In this document: positions 17,526 to 32,300 of the stretch, one piece after another
How positions within the stretch are numbered: the stretch's first letter is position 1
How the letters are laid out: each line of letters starts with the position of its first letter
DNA from: the human T2T-CHM13v2.0 reference genome, Homo sapiens
Direction: 5' to 3' (one strand)
DNA: 64,000 nucleotides
Assembly (NCBI RefSeq): GCF_009914755.1
Contig: NC_060934.1
Notes under the pieces: generated by a model
The model's input: the letters and a program-made list of their open reading frames with translations, nothing else
The model's database searches: none
Told to the model about the DNA's origin: nothing
Translations under genes and position numbers: made by a program

Positions 17526-19360
17526 TCCCACTGTAAACTGTTTGTTACCACAATACTACAATGTCAGTTGAGTGTAAGGATTGATATTTGATATTATTTA
17601 TGATATAGTGTCTAATCATTCTAGATGTTGGTATCCTTATATTTTTTATAGTGCTACTTTAAGGAAATTCTGGAAAAATTTCCTAACTCAATGCCAGAAA
17701 TGAGACATTTTTGTAGGAGATATGTGTTTGCTATGGTCTCATGGATTCTGTTGCCTCTAGTGAACCAATCGGTTAACTCACAAGAAAGAACAAAACAAAT
17801 TAAAATTAGTGAACACTCTACATATTATATAGAATATCAGCAGGATGTTGTTTTGTGCAACTGTGTCTATGATTGTGATGAATTAGTAAAACTTACGTAT
17901 GTAATGGATCCAAAACTTGAATTTACTGTTTTATGTCTCTGTTAATTCTATATGTTAGAAAGCAGCAATGATCAGTATTTGATCTAAGGTATGTCAAAAT
18001 TTTTCCTTGACTTTTTGCCACTTAACTTTCATAATATTAGTCAAGATGGAAAGGCAACTTGAACAATTTCTTGTAATGAAAGTACCATCATTTATAGAAG
18101 TATCTCTTAGGCATTCACAACTACCTGAAGTAGTCATCTCTAGAATAACTCCCTCATGGTCTATCACTCTCTAACACAGTGAAATAAAATAAGGCCAGAT
18201 AAAAAGAAATATTTCCTTAGGGAAATATTTCCTTAGGGAATTGTTGCAACTGTGATTTTTTTGAATAGTTGAATAGCATTAATCTTAACTATAAACAAAT
18301 GTAGTATTTAAAAATAAATTCTCAATTTGACATGCTAAATAAATTCCAAAGTTTGGAAACTTGTTGCCAGTCCCTCAATCACCTTTCTTGAGTGCCTGCT
18401 ATGCAGGGAGTGTCACACAAGTTCAGTGAACATCTATCACACAATTTCATGACAATGAATGTTAAAACTTAACTGTTTCCCATGGTGATTTTACGTATCT
18501 TTCATTTGTTCTAATCTGTCTATACTGTTCACATTCCATTTTATCCTCCTGGAACTTCTGCTTCTGATTCTAAATCGCCCAAGTGAAACTAAACATTTAT
18601 TCAAAAGAATGGTAGCTCAGTTATAGATATATTTAGCCAATTCTTCTGAGTCCTGTTTTAGCAACATGTCAAATCATTTAAAATGGGAAAAATGACAGAT
18701 TGGGCTTATGAGGATGAAAACAATCTGGAAGATACTAGGATGGTCAAAATTCTTTAAAATCCATTGAATGGAAGTGAAATGACACTAATTATGAATATTC
18801 CATGTAACACAGAAAGCAAATTTTCTTTTTATTTTATGGACATTTATTAGCAACTTATTTCATGAGCATTTATGAATTTTTTTCCATTAATTACAAATAA
18901 GACATGACAAGATCACTGTTTTACATCCATCTCTTCATACAGTGCTCCCAACTGTATTACAGCAAACCTCAAAGGTTTACCTCTTGATTTAGGATAATGC
19001 CTCATCATCAGCATCAGGATTATGAACATGATTAAAATATTAAAAATTTAAATTTTTAACCTTATTAAAAGTTTACTACTTTTTAAAACCATCAATAATT
19101 TAAATATATATTTGATAAAATAAAAAATAAAATTATTTTAATATAAAATTAAAAATTAAAAATAAAAAAAAGTTGCTACCTAGCTCCCACCTTAATTATG
19201 CCTTGTTTTAAGATAAAGTGCATATTTTTAAAAGAAAATGTTAATAATTTTTACTGCATGAAAGAGTCACAACATACTCTTAAAATAATGCTTAATTTTC
19301 ATGTGTATTTAAAGACTAGAAATATTCTTTAATTTATTTTAATTAGACAATATGGTATTA

Positions 19361-19407
19361 ATTTAATTTAATATGGTTTAATTTAATATGGTTTAATTTA
19401 ATATGGT
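19361..19407. repeat. 15-bp tandem repeat (TTTAATTTAATATGG)x3
   Basis: Directly visible. Confidence 0.85.
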
Positions 19408-21362
19408 GTTATCAAATTTGTGGTCAACTATTCTCATATTGTAAAAAGTTCACGTGTAATTCAAATATTTTTCAGGTTTGAATTATATGATTAAAATCAT
19501 TGACCTAAAAAAAATCCAGTTAGTTCTTTCTTAGTATCCTTACATCAAAAGTATATTAAGAATCATTTTAATAATTTATTCTCATCTACTGCATTCAGTA
19601 AAAAAAGAACCTTACTCTTGAATTCAAAAATTTCTATATCTAGATATTAAAACTTTCTTTGAAAGATGAATTATTCATTCATTTAACAAATAATTGTTCA
19701 GCATCTACTATATACTCAACACTGTTACTATTTCATCTAGATAAAAAGTCACTTTTTTTAATATCAGGAATGCATATTATTAACTCTGATAATTCAAGCC
19801 ACATGAAACTGCATTTTAAAAATTAGATTGTGGAAGAAAAACCCAGGAAGTTTTTGGTAAAATTAGGTATCACAAACTGTTATAAAAGTGCACTTGCAAA
19901 ATATATGCATTTTATTAAAAAATAGAAATAATTGCTTTTGTCTTTTTGAGATCAATGAATTGAAGTGAGGGTAAAGATACATAGACTTAGAGTTAGCCTA
20001 ACTTGGCTGTAGATAATATTTACATAGTCATAGAAGTGGAAATGTGGCTATTGGGTTTCAACTTTAGCATTTATGGAAGAATCAATGTTTGAAAAACTTG
20101 GTTATGGTTGCAGGAAATAAATAAATATTCTAGCAACGTGAATGATAGAAAATAGAAGAGGGAAGGAATACATTTACTAATAGAAAGAAGAATAGATGAA
20201 AGTACTAAAACCCTTATTTTCTAATATGAAGACATGGTGAGTTAAGAGACACTGTCATAAGTTAATGGGATAATTAATTTTTTAATTAAGATAGGAAGGT
20301 AATCTACACAAAACTAAACATAGTACACTATTGACTATGGGAGTATATCACAGGAAAATAGGGCTTAGTATGATGCAGGCTTTTCTCTATCTTTAATTGT
20401 TGAGCATTAATATATGTTTTTCTAAATTTGATAAATTCAGAAATAAAGATGTTAACACATGATGAAGAATTATGTGGAAATCACCAGATATATTAAAGTG
20501 ACAGAAGTGGAATGAGTTGCTACTAGGAGTGAAATTGGAGGTGCCTTAACGTGGACCGTGATATTTGATTAGACACCATCTGTTTGTATTACTTTTTGTT
20601 TCAGATACTATTTTTAAAATAAAAAAGGAAAAAACCAACAAATATTAACATCAAAGAAAAGTAAAAGTAAAATTTACATAATTTTACTTTTCTTAAATTT
20701 TCTTTCCTCAAAGTTTCCCAACCCTTCCTTCCAACCAATGTAAACATGCAGTGCAAATCTATTGTATGATTATTAGTTAGAAATAATGTCAACAAACTTC
20801 AAGCCATCATTCAAATTCTCTTTTATGCTAACTAAAGTCAATACTGTAGACTTATTTGAAGTGATTATAGTAATATTCAAAGAGAAGGAGAAACTGATCT
20901 GCCTCAATTATTTCTCTAGAGAGCTGCATTTTATTTAAGTATTTGCTAACACTTTCTTCTGGGTAAGCAAGAAAGCACTTTCTTCTGGGTAAGCTTCTGG
21001 GTAAGCTTCCTTTTGGCAAGCACACTAATTCAAGCGTTTTGAAATATAATGTTTTTAGTTATTTGGTGATATTTTCACAGGATTAAGAATCAACTGATTT
21101 GCACTGTGTTTTTATGTGGCAAACATAGAAAGAAAACATATTTTATTGGTCCTAACTTATAACTGATTATAAGATGCACTAAGCAAAAACAGAAACACTA
21201 AAAGAGAAAAGAAAAGGCCCCAAGTAAATTATGACCTGCACACACTACTATTTAATAGAAAATAGAAGTTAAAATATAACTTAGAATATAGTGTTACAAA
21301 ATACTGTATGTAGAAAAATGCTTTTTTTTCACAGACATAAAGCATGCCTCCTCATAGAGATA

Positions 21363-21710
21363 CAGTACTCTACAATTTCTAGCTACATGCATAATTCTAA
21401 ATTTTCATAGTAGTCATTATTTAAAAAGTAGAAAAAATGAGTGAAATTAATTATATTTCATGTAACCCCATATATTCAAAATATTATCATTTCAGCATGC
21501 ATTCTATGTAAAAATATATTAATGCTATATATTTTAATTTTGCACTAAGTTTTTGAAATATAATCTGTAGTTTATATTACGATACATTCTGATTAAGAAT
21601 AGCCATATTTTAAGTGTGTCATAACCATATGTGGCCAGTAGCTAACCTATTGGACAGCACAGATACAGATCCGTTCTATCTTCACAGAATATTCTATTGA
21701 AGAGTGCTGA
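21363..21710 (+). mobile_element. MER33/MER3-like hAT-Charlie non-autonomous DNA transposon
   Basis: Matches the recalled MER33 body (GTGAAATTAAT...CAAAATATTATCATTTCA...ATGTGGCCAGTAGCT...TATTGGACAGCACAG). Confidence 0.7.
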
Positions 21711-22116
21711 CCTGGAGGGGAAGTGAAAATAAAATAGACATTAATAATAAAGTGTGATAAATGGTGTACAGAGCAGAGGCAACAAATTCAGCCTTGGATG
21801 TTAGGAAATACTCCTAGAAATGACATCCCCTTTTTCTCCATACATGATATATCTGCAGGAAACCTCTGATTAATTTTGAAATTTTGATATTTATGTTCAC
21901 TGGGGTAAAAGTTCTTACTTCCAATTATTATTAGCAAAGATAATTTCTATTTATGAATCTAATTAATTTCCTAATATAAATTAGTCAAATCTAGCATTAA
22001 GGCACTAGAAAAGCAAATCATATATGAGCAAAACATTTCAATGTTTCAAAGATGGTTTCATTCAAAATGTGCAGAGAAAGCCAGCTATGGTATGATTAAG
22101 TTTGTTGATATTATCT

Positions 22117-22259
22117 GGCCAGGTGCAGTGGCTCACACCTGTAATCCCAGCACCTTGGGAAACCAAGGTGGGAGGTTGACTTGAGCCCAGGAGTTCAATA
22201 CCAGCCTGGGCAACATAGTGAGACTTCATCTCTACAAATTAAATTAATTAATTTAAAAA
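22117..22259 (+). mobile_element. FLAM-type Alu left monomer
   Basis: Single Alu left arm ending CATCTCTACAAATTAAA, with no right arm. Confidence 0.85.
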
Positions 22260-22339
22260 GATTGTCCATATTTTCAATCTGAAATATGAGAAAATTATAT
22301 AATATTTATGACATTTCTCATAAGAGAGTTTTCACAGTG

Positions 22340-22684
22340 CAGTATTCCCCCCTTATTTGTGATTTCACTTCCCTTGGTTTTAGTTACCCACAGTCAATCA
22401 CAGCCTAAAAATAGGTGAGTAAGTATAATAAGACATTTTGAGAGAGAAAGAGATCACATTCATATAACTTTTGCTTATGGTATATTGCTATAATTATTCC
22501 GTTTCATTAATTATTGTTGTTAACCTCTTACTGTGCCTAATTTATACATTAAACTTTTTATTGTAGATATTTATGTATATGAAAAATATACACAGGTTTC
22601 CATGCATGTAGGAAAAAAAACAGAGTTTAGTGCTGTCCACTGGAAATCTTGAAGCATGTAATCCATAGATAAGGGGGACTACTG
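22340..22684 (+). mobile_element. MER44A (Tigger7-derived) DNA transposon
   Basis: TIRs CAGTATTCCCCCCTTAT / ATAAGGGGGACTACTG; interior matches the recalled MER44 sequence. Confidence 0.8.
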
Positions 22685-22844
22685 TTATGTTTGTGAACAT
22701 ATACAGTATGTTCAGTTAAGGGAGGTCCTGTTTAATCAGGCTTCTGAAATTATTTGAAAACATTACATCTATAATAGATAGCAGAAATTCAATGATGTAG
22801 TACTCTTGTATGTATTTTTCTCCAGGCAAAAAGCCACATTACAC

Positions 22845-22896
22845 GTGTGTGTGAAAACGTGTGTGTCTGTGCGTGTGTGTGTGTTTGTGTGTGTGT
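22845..22896. repeat. Imperfect (TG)n microsatellite
   Basis: Directly visible. Confidence 0.85.
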
Positions 22897-25062
22897 AACC
22901 TAACAAATAGATTCTAGAAACCAGTCTTGAAAGCAAAGAGAAGATGGGGACTTGGTAATGAACTGACCTGTGGTGATTATTATAGTTCACCAAACTGTAC
23001 AATGCTGGAAAAGCCAGTTTCTATAGTGTTTTTTTAAAAGTGTGTTTGTCCAAATTACTTTGATGATTGCCAAATATAATGATTTTTCCTAATGTATATT
23101 AAAGCAAAGTGCTTAAATAGAAAGTGGCATATCTCCCTTACTTTCCCTAAGAAAATGACCATTATTGCATATAACAATGAATAAAATTTTACTGAATTTT
23201 TAATCTTCATATTCAAATTATATCTGAGTCTTTGAATTTCAAAAATAGGATAGATGATTCTACTTTCAAAATCTTTACTTGCAATATCTTGAGATTACAG
23301 GAGCAGAATTGCTAAACACCTGGCAAGTCTTACTTTTCTCTGGCTGGAAAGCTCCACACTTCCTGTCCCTTACAGGAAGGTGAAAAAACATATGAATGGT
23401 TAAGAAAAGGGGATGAATGAGAAGATAAGGAAGAAGAGGAGAGGCGAGAAAGGAGAGAAAGAAGAAAGGTCAGCACAACTTTTAAATGGGGTGGCCCTTG
23501 AAGGTAGAGGATTAAAGGAATCCTGACTTCCTTGACTCCTTCAGTCCTTAAGGTCTCAGCAGTACCTAGAGGATGGCTTATCTCGTGGTTAGAATATTCC
23601 AGAAACAGACACTAGAGGAGGGATTTTATGGCTTTAGCCTGTGAGTAAAAGGAATGCTGCTGTCAGTTTTCTATCCAGCACTATTTCTAACCTCTTATTC
23701 AATAACTTGTTACCTTAGTCATTAATTTCTCATATGTAACATGGCTTTTTGCCTGAAGAAAATTACAGGAGTACTACATCATTGAATTTCTATCATCTAT
23801 TATAGGTGTAATATTTTCAAATAATTTCAGAAGTCTGGTTAAACATGACCTCCCTTAACTGAAGCAGCAGTGAGTGTTTGTCATAAAATTTTTCTTACCA
23901 TGAAGAATTTCCACAGTATCACTTTAGTAGTTTCCATTCTTCTTCCTACTCCTCTAATTATATTTACTCATCATATTTTTACATAAAATTATAATTGGCA
24001 GAGATTGATGAAGAAAAAGATGAAAAATATAAAAGACATGAGATGTTGACAGTATTTCTAATCATTTCTTACACTGAATTAAAAACACAGAGAAAACTGC
24101 ATAAAATCTAAACGTGCAGCTAAAAAGTTATTATATAGTTAACACCCCTATAACCACTTTCAAGGTCAAGATGTGAAATAATATGAGCTCCCTGCACACC
24201 CATTCAAATCACAAACTGGTCCATTTCTTCTAAAGGCAATCACTATCCTCAATGTAAAGGTAATAACCACTCACTTTCTTTGTAGTATTACTACCTAAAG
24301 AATGATAACTCAATGGAATCATTCTGTTTTGCCTATTTTTGAGCATTATATAAATGGAATAATACATTATACATAAATGTGGGTCTGAATTCTCTTGCTC
24401 AATGTTATACTTGTGAGATCAGTTGAAAGTAGTGTGTGTAGTTGTAGTTCCATTTTCCTGTGATTGTTGTAAAGCATTTCAGTTGATGAATATATCCACA
24501 ATTTATACAACAGTTTTCCTGTTAATGGACATTTGGATAGTTTCCAGTTTAGGGCTTTTATGATGAATGCTGTGAATATTCTTACACGTTTCTGAGTTCA
24601 TATATAAATACATTCCTGTTGTCTATATACCTATGAGGAAATAGTTGCGTTTTTCATATTTTTAAATTACTAGATAATATCACACTGTTTTCCAAAGCGA
24701 TAGCATGAATTTATATCCCCTAAAAGAAATAGTATGAGTTTTTCTACGTTCATACAAACACTGGGAATTTAATTTTATCTTCTTTTTTGGGTGCAATTTA
24801 TTGAAACTTTAATATTCTTTTCCTTGATGACTAATGAAATTGAACAACTTTTTTTCAATTGTTTTACTGTACATGCCAATTTCCTCTTTATTCACATTTT
24901 TTACCCTTTTTTGTTTGTTTATATTTTTCTAATTGATTTGTAATTCTTTAGGTTTTCTGATTATGTGTCTTTTATTTAGAATTTTCAAATATGGTTTCAG
25001 ACTTTAACTTTTTTTGTGATCAAATCTTTATGACCAAAGCTTACATTTAAAATTTATGATCA

Positions 25063-25390
<328 letters not shown>

Positions 25391-25434
25391 AAACTTAATG
25401 ATCAGTGCTTTTTGTGTTCTGTTGAAAATTTTTG

Positions 25435-26810
25435 GCTCAGCATCTGGGGACGCTCTCAGCTCTCAGTGCCTGGCCCAGCTTCCTTCAAAATGTATACTAT
25501 TTACGAAATCCTGTGCAAGCTCAGCTTGGAGGGTCATCACTCTACACCCTCAGGTGCATATGGGTCAGTCAAAGCCTACACCAACTTTGATGCTGAGGGG
25601 GATGCTTTGAACATTGAAAGGACCATCAGGACAAAAGGTGTGGGTAAGTTCACCATTGTCAACATTTTGACCAGCAGCAGGAATGCTCGGAGAGAGGATG
25701 TTGCCTTTGCCTAGCAGAGAAGGACCACAAAGGAACTTACATCAGCACTGAAGTCAGCCTTACTGGCCACCTGGAGACAGTCATTTTGGGCCTATTGAAG
25801 ACACCTGCTCAGTATGATGCTTCTGAGCTAAAAGCTTCCATGAAGGGGCTGGGAACTGAGGAGGACTCCCTCGTTGAGATCATCTGCTCAACAACCAACC
25901 AGGAGCTCCAGGAAATTAACAGAGTCTACAAAGAAATGTACAAAACTGATCTGGAGAAGGACATTATTTCGGACACATATGGTGACTTCTGCAAGCTGAT
26001 GTTTGCCCTGGCAAATGTTAGAAGACCAGAGGATGGCTCTGTCGTTGATTATGAACTGATTGACCAAGATGCCCGGGATTTCTGTGATGCTGGAGTGAAG
26101 AGGAAAAGAACTGATGTTCCCAAGTGGATCAGCATGATGACCGAGTAGAGCATGTCCCACCTCCAGAAAGTATTTGATAGGTACAAGAGCTACAGCCCAT
26201 CAAGAGAGAGCATCAAGAAAGAGGTTAAAGGAGACCTGGAAAATGCTTTCCTGAACCTGGTCCAGTGCATTCAGAACAAGCCCCTGTATTTTGCTGATTG
26301 GCTGTACTACTCCATGAAGGGCCAGGGGGCTCGAGATAAGGTCCTGATCAGAATCATCGTCTCCCGCAGTGAAGTGGACATGTTGAAAATTAGGTCTGAA
26401 TTCAAGAGAAAGTATGGCATGTCCCCGTACTATTACATCCAGCAAGACACTAAGAACGACTACCCAGAAAGCACTGCTGTACCTGTGTGGTGGAGATGAC
26501 TGAAGCCCAACATAGCTTGAGCTTCCAGAAACGGTACTCCCCACGCTTCCAGCTAACAGGTCTAGAAAACCAGCTTGTGGCTAACAGTCCCTGTGGCCGT
26601 CCCTGTGAAGATGACATTAGCATTGCCCCCAACCTCATTTTAGTTGCGTAAGCATAGCCTGGCTTTCCTGTCTAGTCTCTCCTGTAAGCCAAAGAAATGT
26701 ACATTCCAAGCAGTTGGAAGTGAAATCTATGATGTGAAACACTTTGCCTCCTGTGTACTGTGTCATAAACAGATGAATAAACTGAATTTGTACTTTAGAA
26801 ACAAAACAAG
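25435..26810 (+). pseudogene. ANXA2P3: Annexin A2 processed pseudogene (full-length mRNA copy; most likely ANXA2P3)
   Basis: Intronless copy of ANXA2 mRNA: 5' UTR GCTCAGCATCTGGGGACGCTCTCAGC, ATG 25490, stop TGA 26501-26503, AATAAA 26776-26781, short A-tail, degenerate TSD GAAAATTTTTG/GAAAATGTTTA. Disablements: TAG 25712-25714, 1-nt deletion ~25762, TAG 26146-26148, 6-nt deletion ~26200, 1-nt insertion ~26464. The ANXA2 parentage is secure. Assignment to P3 rather than P1 is inferred from the gene-desert context; P2 is excluded because it has an intact ORF. Confidence 0.85.
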
Positions 26811-28528
26811 GAAAATGTTTATATACCTTGAAGTTATGAATATATTTATCTATATTAACTTTTGGATCGTTTAGTATTTTGCTTTTTGTATTTTATTCTA
26901 TATTGACATGACTCACATTTGAGTCTTTTTTTTCCAAATAAGCCTATCTAATTTTCTCATTACCATTTACTAAAACGATTGTATGTATACTAAATATTGT
27001 AACTTTATATTACAAAATTGTATCTGTAGAACAAGTCATGCCACATTGTTGTTCTTCAAGGAAACCTTGACAAATTCTATCCTTTCAATGTTCAAAAGGA
27101 AATTAAATAAGCTTGGCTAGGATTTACAAATCTATTATAATTTTGAACTGTAATCAATATGGGTAAAATTGTCATTGTTACAAATGAATCTTATAATCCT
27201 GATGATAACATAATACTTTATTAATTCAGATATTTTAAAATTTCTCTAGTGATATTTTATAGTTTGTCCAAATAGGTTGTTTGTTATATTTGTTTGATTT
27301 ATTTGTAGATCTCTTATATTTTAATAACATTTAAATTGCATTTTAATATGTAATTGTTAATTGTTAATTATTGCAATAGACATACAATATATGTCTGTTT
27401 ACTCTTGCTCATTACCTTATAAAAAGTTACACAAATTTGAAAATTACATAAGTGTTCTTTTTATGCACTTCTTTTTATGGATTTTATGCACAATCATATT
27501 ATTTTACAAAAGTGAAATTTTATTTATTCCTTTTAAATATGTATATCTCTTTTTTTCTCCTGACTTACTTCACTATCTAGAACCTCCAGCATTATATAGA
27601 ATATATAATACTCAAAAACTGGCAGGGTACTAAAGGTCCACTTCTGTCAGCACAGGCTCCTAGAACTGTAAGTTTGCATTAGCACCAATTCACGTGTTGT
27701 TGCATTTCTCCAATTAATTGTAAATTCCATTTGGAAGAGCAAATGGAAATATGTGACTGAATCCAGGCTGAGGATTTACAGAAAAGAGCTGATGAATTAA
27801 GAATTCTGGCAAGGGAGTCTTTTGGGTGGTCACTCATGGAATGCTGGCTCCACAGGAAAGTAAGTATTCTCTTTCTAAAGAACATCAGCTGACTCCAAGT
27901 AAAAGAAGACTCAGAGGATGTCTTGATGGTGATAAATGGCTTGTTGTTAGTTTTAGAGTAAGAAATTTTGAAGAAGATGGGTTGTGTTCAGAAGGAATGT
28001 TATTGAAGTACACTAGGTTTAAGAAGTAGAAGACTTCTGAATAATTTATGGTTAATATAAAATCTTTTGAATTTTAATATGAGTCAAGTTCTAGTTCTTT
28101 GCATACAATTAAGGAATTGAGTCAATAATGATTTTAGAATCCAATCTTCATTGTTAAGGCAATAATAACTTTGCTTCTGACTAAGAAAGAATAGCTTGCT
28201 GTAGTCCAATGTTTCTACAAGTGGAAAAGCCAAATAACATTTAAAACAAAGCAGAACAAAACAAAAGTTATTTCAAGGCAATACAAAAGTAATACAGGAA
28301 TAATATGAGAGACCAAGATTCCAGAGTCATATATCTTGGAAAGATGAGCTAATAGCTGGTTACATTTCTTCATGGAACATGCAAATGCTCATTACAAGGT
28401 AATGGACTATGATTCCAGGCAAAGAGCTGAGCTGGAGGGCCATAAAGGTAGGTAGGAGGCAGGAAAACTAAAAGGCTAAAAAGTTGGGTTCTTGGAAAGA
28501 AGGTAGGAGCAGAGAACAGAACTGGTGC

Positions 28529-28870
28529 TGTTCTGGTTGCTATTACTGCATGATAAAAATCCTCAAAACATAACACCATCAAACAATGAACCCTTTTATT
28601 TTGCTCATGATGTTACATGTTTGGAATTCAAGAAAGCTTTAGCTGGGCAGCTTGAAGTGTCTCACCTGGTTGTAGTCGTTGTCAGCTGGGCCAGTCATCT
28701 GATATTTGGAGTTAAATATGCATCTAATAGGGCTCATTCTCATGGCCATTAATGCTAGGGTTCACCAAGGAATTCAGCTTAATCTGGTGACCAACGAGGC
28801 TACACAAGTCCTCTCCATCATAGCAACCTCTTGGCATTCAGATATTTTACATAATGGCTGGATTCCCAGG
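28529..28870 (-). mobile_element. Old MLT1-type MaLR LTR
   Basis: CTATTACTGCATGATAAAAATCCTCAAAAC...TTTATTTTGCTCATGA...GGAATTCAAGAAAGCTTTAGCTGGGCAG is the reversed 3' end typical of MLT1H-K. Confidence 0.55.
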
Positions 28871-29099
28871 AGAACCAAACTAAAGTTCTCCAATATGTCA
28901 CAAAATTCAGTGAGTGCCTGGAAGGTAAAAGCTTTTTTTGTTGTTGTTTGCTGGTTTTTTGTTTTTTTTTTTTTTTTTATAAGACTCCTAATCCTCTATT
29001 ACCTTCTTCCAAGTCTTCAGCTCCTGTTTCAAATTGTTTTTGACATTCTTGAACACACACCAATAATAATGATAATAATAATAATACTATTAGTAGTAG

Positions 29100-29355
29100 T
29101 AATAATAACAGCTAAAACAGATAGGAAGACATGATTTAGGTGCTATTAGGAGCGCTTTACTCTATTAACTTCCTTAATCCTCACCACAATCCTATTAGGT
29201 AGGAATGATTGTTATCCGTCTTTCACAGTTGAAGAAACTGAGTCACACAGAGGTTAAAAAACTTGCCAAAAATCACAAAGCTAGTAACTTGCAAAGTCTG
29301 GATTTGAATACAAGCAATGTGACTGGAGACTCCACGCTCTTTAACACTGTACTCT
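29100..29355 (-). mobile_element. MIR SINE
   Basis: Reversed core: TTTCACAGTTGAAGAAACTGAGTCACACAGAGGTTAAAAAACTTGCC...GGATTTGAATACAAG. Confidence 0.85.
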
Positions 29356-32300
29356 ACTCATACACACTTTGGACTCATTAGGGCAGTTTGAAAACCAGAC
29401 GCTGATAGGCATTAGGATCTAGACAGAGGGGATATTATTTTGCTTGATTTTCAAATAGTAGTCTGATGAGGAACTATTTAAATGATTTTTAGGGATCTTA
29501 CTGAGAATAAAGAATGGAGTCAGGCTTTAAACACGGGTTTTCATACAGGACTAGAGCACTCTCTATGAACCAAATTATGAGTCTAGAAAAATTATTCCAT
29601 GCTACTAAGACAAGTTGGGTGACGTTGGAAACTTTAAAATCTGCTCTTGAGGGGATAAATGTATCCCTGTCCTAATCTCACACCCATGTACACTTCCCCT
29701 ACTGTCCAAACAAAGCCAAAACTCCTTTAAGTTATTTGGGTCATAAAAGCAAGTTTGTTTTATTGTTTCTCTTTCTATTTTCATCTTGAAACTTCTTCTC
29801 TTGCTGTATGCTTGTGATATAAATTATAAATTTAATTATAAATTTAAATTATAAATTATAATCCTGAGAAAGGTTAACTGACTTGTTAGAAAGGCTATAG
29901 AAGCTGAGATACTTACTGTCCCCTTGCGCTTGTTCATGCAGCAACAGTAGTCAGCTGGAGAGCGCCTCATGTATCCCAGCCTCTCTCTCTCTCTCAGGTA
30001 GTGGTGATGAATTTGAACTACCATTTCTATACTGAGGTAAAAGCTGTCTGCTTATTACAGCAGCGAGAGGACCCCCATGGGTGCAGTGAATGGCACTTAC
30101 ATCATATATTTTCCTTGGGTGTAGCAGAACTTGTTCAGAGTGGATGCTCTTGGTACATGTAGCATGACTGATAGTTTTATGCTCAGCCTTTATAGGTCCA
30201 CAAAATCATATAAATAAATAATTCTATTAACTGCCAGGACTTCCTTGGAAATCACTGGGTATGTTTCTATGGGTCTTTACAAATTCCTCCATGACTATAT
30301 AAGAATCTATATACACTGGAATAACTTAGGGAAAAGGTAAATAACCCTAATTTGCTTTCTGTGGCTTGATTTTTTTAATCCTCTTCTTCTTTCTTTCCCT
30401 ATCCTTCTTTTTCTATAATTTGCTACCGTTGAAACATAATACGTAAAGGGAGTACCACATCTTTAGAACATGAAGCAAGGAAGTGAAGATACTTTGCCGA
30501 TCAAAAACTAATTATTAAAAAATGGTTAAGAAATAGAACTAAAGAAAAATATTCAAACAATGAAGGTCCTAAATTAAAATAGACACAAAAAGCTTACTTT
30601 ATAGACTTCAGCATTTTATGGTTGGTACACAGCTTACACATAAAATTAATTTTCTGGAACGTTGCTCATTAACATTTTTATTGTTTTCCATATTTTAAAA
30701 TAATATCGTTATGTACCACTGGATAAAACTAATAGTGCATTAAAATGGTCTCACCTTAAATCAGAGACAGTTTGCTGTAACAAGAATTTTCAATTCTCTA
30801 ATGACTTTTTTCTCTGCTATGAAAAGAAAAAGCTTCTATATTAAAATGATGTACACGGGCAAAAGGAAATTTATGATCTAAACTTGCTGCAAATCATTTG
30901 TATTGATCTGTTTTGTTTCCATTCTGCTGAAGCTAATGGAAATCATTTGTCACCTGACTTGTCCCAGCTGATTTGAAAAAAACACTGGACCATTTATCAG
31001 GCCAGCTGAAGGTCTGATACAAGTGTGCTTATGTCTGCAATCGCCAAGATACATTGAGTTTCTAGGCAAGTAGTGAATATATTAGGCTATATTGGTCATA
31101 GGCTTAAACAAATAAATTAAATATGAATGCATACATAATGCATTGTAATAAAACACTAAATAGGAAACTTATATTAGCCAGTAGAATACTCTACTTACAA
31201 GTAAGATTTTAACAGTTTTTATTTTGTAAGAGCTAAAATTAAAATATAATTATTTAATATTAATTCTGGTAATAGTGTATACTGGAAACAAAAGTAAAAC
31301 ATCATTACAACGCATTAAAGTCGATAAACAAGCTGCTTTTCTGACACAGACATTCTTTTGAGGTAGACTTTTCCCTTTGAAGAACATTTTTGGTGAGTCA
31401 AACATTTAATCCATGTAATTTCATAAATGATAAATCCCTTTGTTTTAAATTCATTTACATAAAAATAAAAGGTGTGTTTCTCTGCTTGTGTGTATGTAAG
31501 AGATTTTAAAGAGTTGATCTTGAGAAGTCAATTACGTTCTGTGTAATTTTCAAATTCTCATAAACACACTACCCCATTTATCCCAACCCACATACTTCAG
31601 CTGAAGGTGAAAAGAAAATATCTCTCACAAATCTTTTGTGATATTCTTTCAGGCTATTAAAGAGCAAAAATCTTTGTAAGAATAATGTATTCAAACTTTG
31701 TCATTATGGTATTTCATGTTTAAAATGTATCTCACATTAGGACAAATTTACCCATGAGTTAAACTCATATATAAAACAACATTATAGAGCCCAGTAAAGA
31801 GTGAACTACTTTCCAGAGTTGCACTGTATACTTAATATATGTAATGAGCATTCATTTGTATTTATTTTCCAATGTACTATTTTTTTCTATATCTCCTGCA
31901 TTCCTTCTCTGGTAATTGTGCACTATCAATTTGAACAGCGTTTCAGAATTTGCATTTAAATGCTAAAATTGAAGAGGATAGTATGGCTCATTCATTCACT
32001 CTTCATTTATTTAACAAGTGTTTATCAAATACTTCTAGGAAGCAGGAATTCTGATAGATATGGGGATACAATGGTGTGAAAAAAGAATATATTCATGTTC
32101 TTTTAGAACATAAATAGGAACTGAGTAAGAGGATATAATTCATTTCATACGCTGTCCTTGTTTGATGACAAGTTCATGACATAAAGTTATTTGATAAAAT
32201 ATAGGAACATGTGAGCTAACTCAGGCTGTTCTTGATATTTGTTTCTTTTAGTAATCCAATTGTTAAACAGTATATTTTGATCAAAATTTTTTACAGGCTA

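Noticed and set aside
25412-26503. Functional annexin A2 gene, or ANXA2P2
   Set aside because: Intronless, with two in-frame stops and two frameshifts; ANXA2P2 is known to retain an open frame.
29980-30060. Possible C/D snoRNA or exon (GTGATGA...CTGA after a CT tract ending in CAG)
   Set aside because: The motifs are short and closely spaced, there is no terminal stem around the boxes or recognisable guide, and there is no host gene; consistent with chance.
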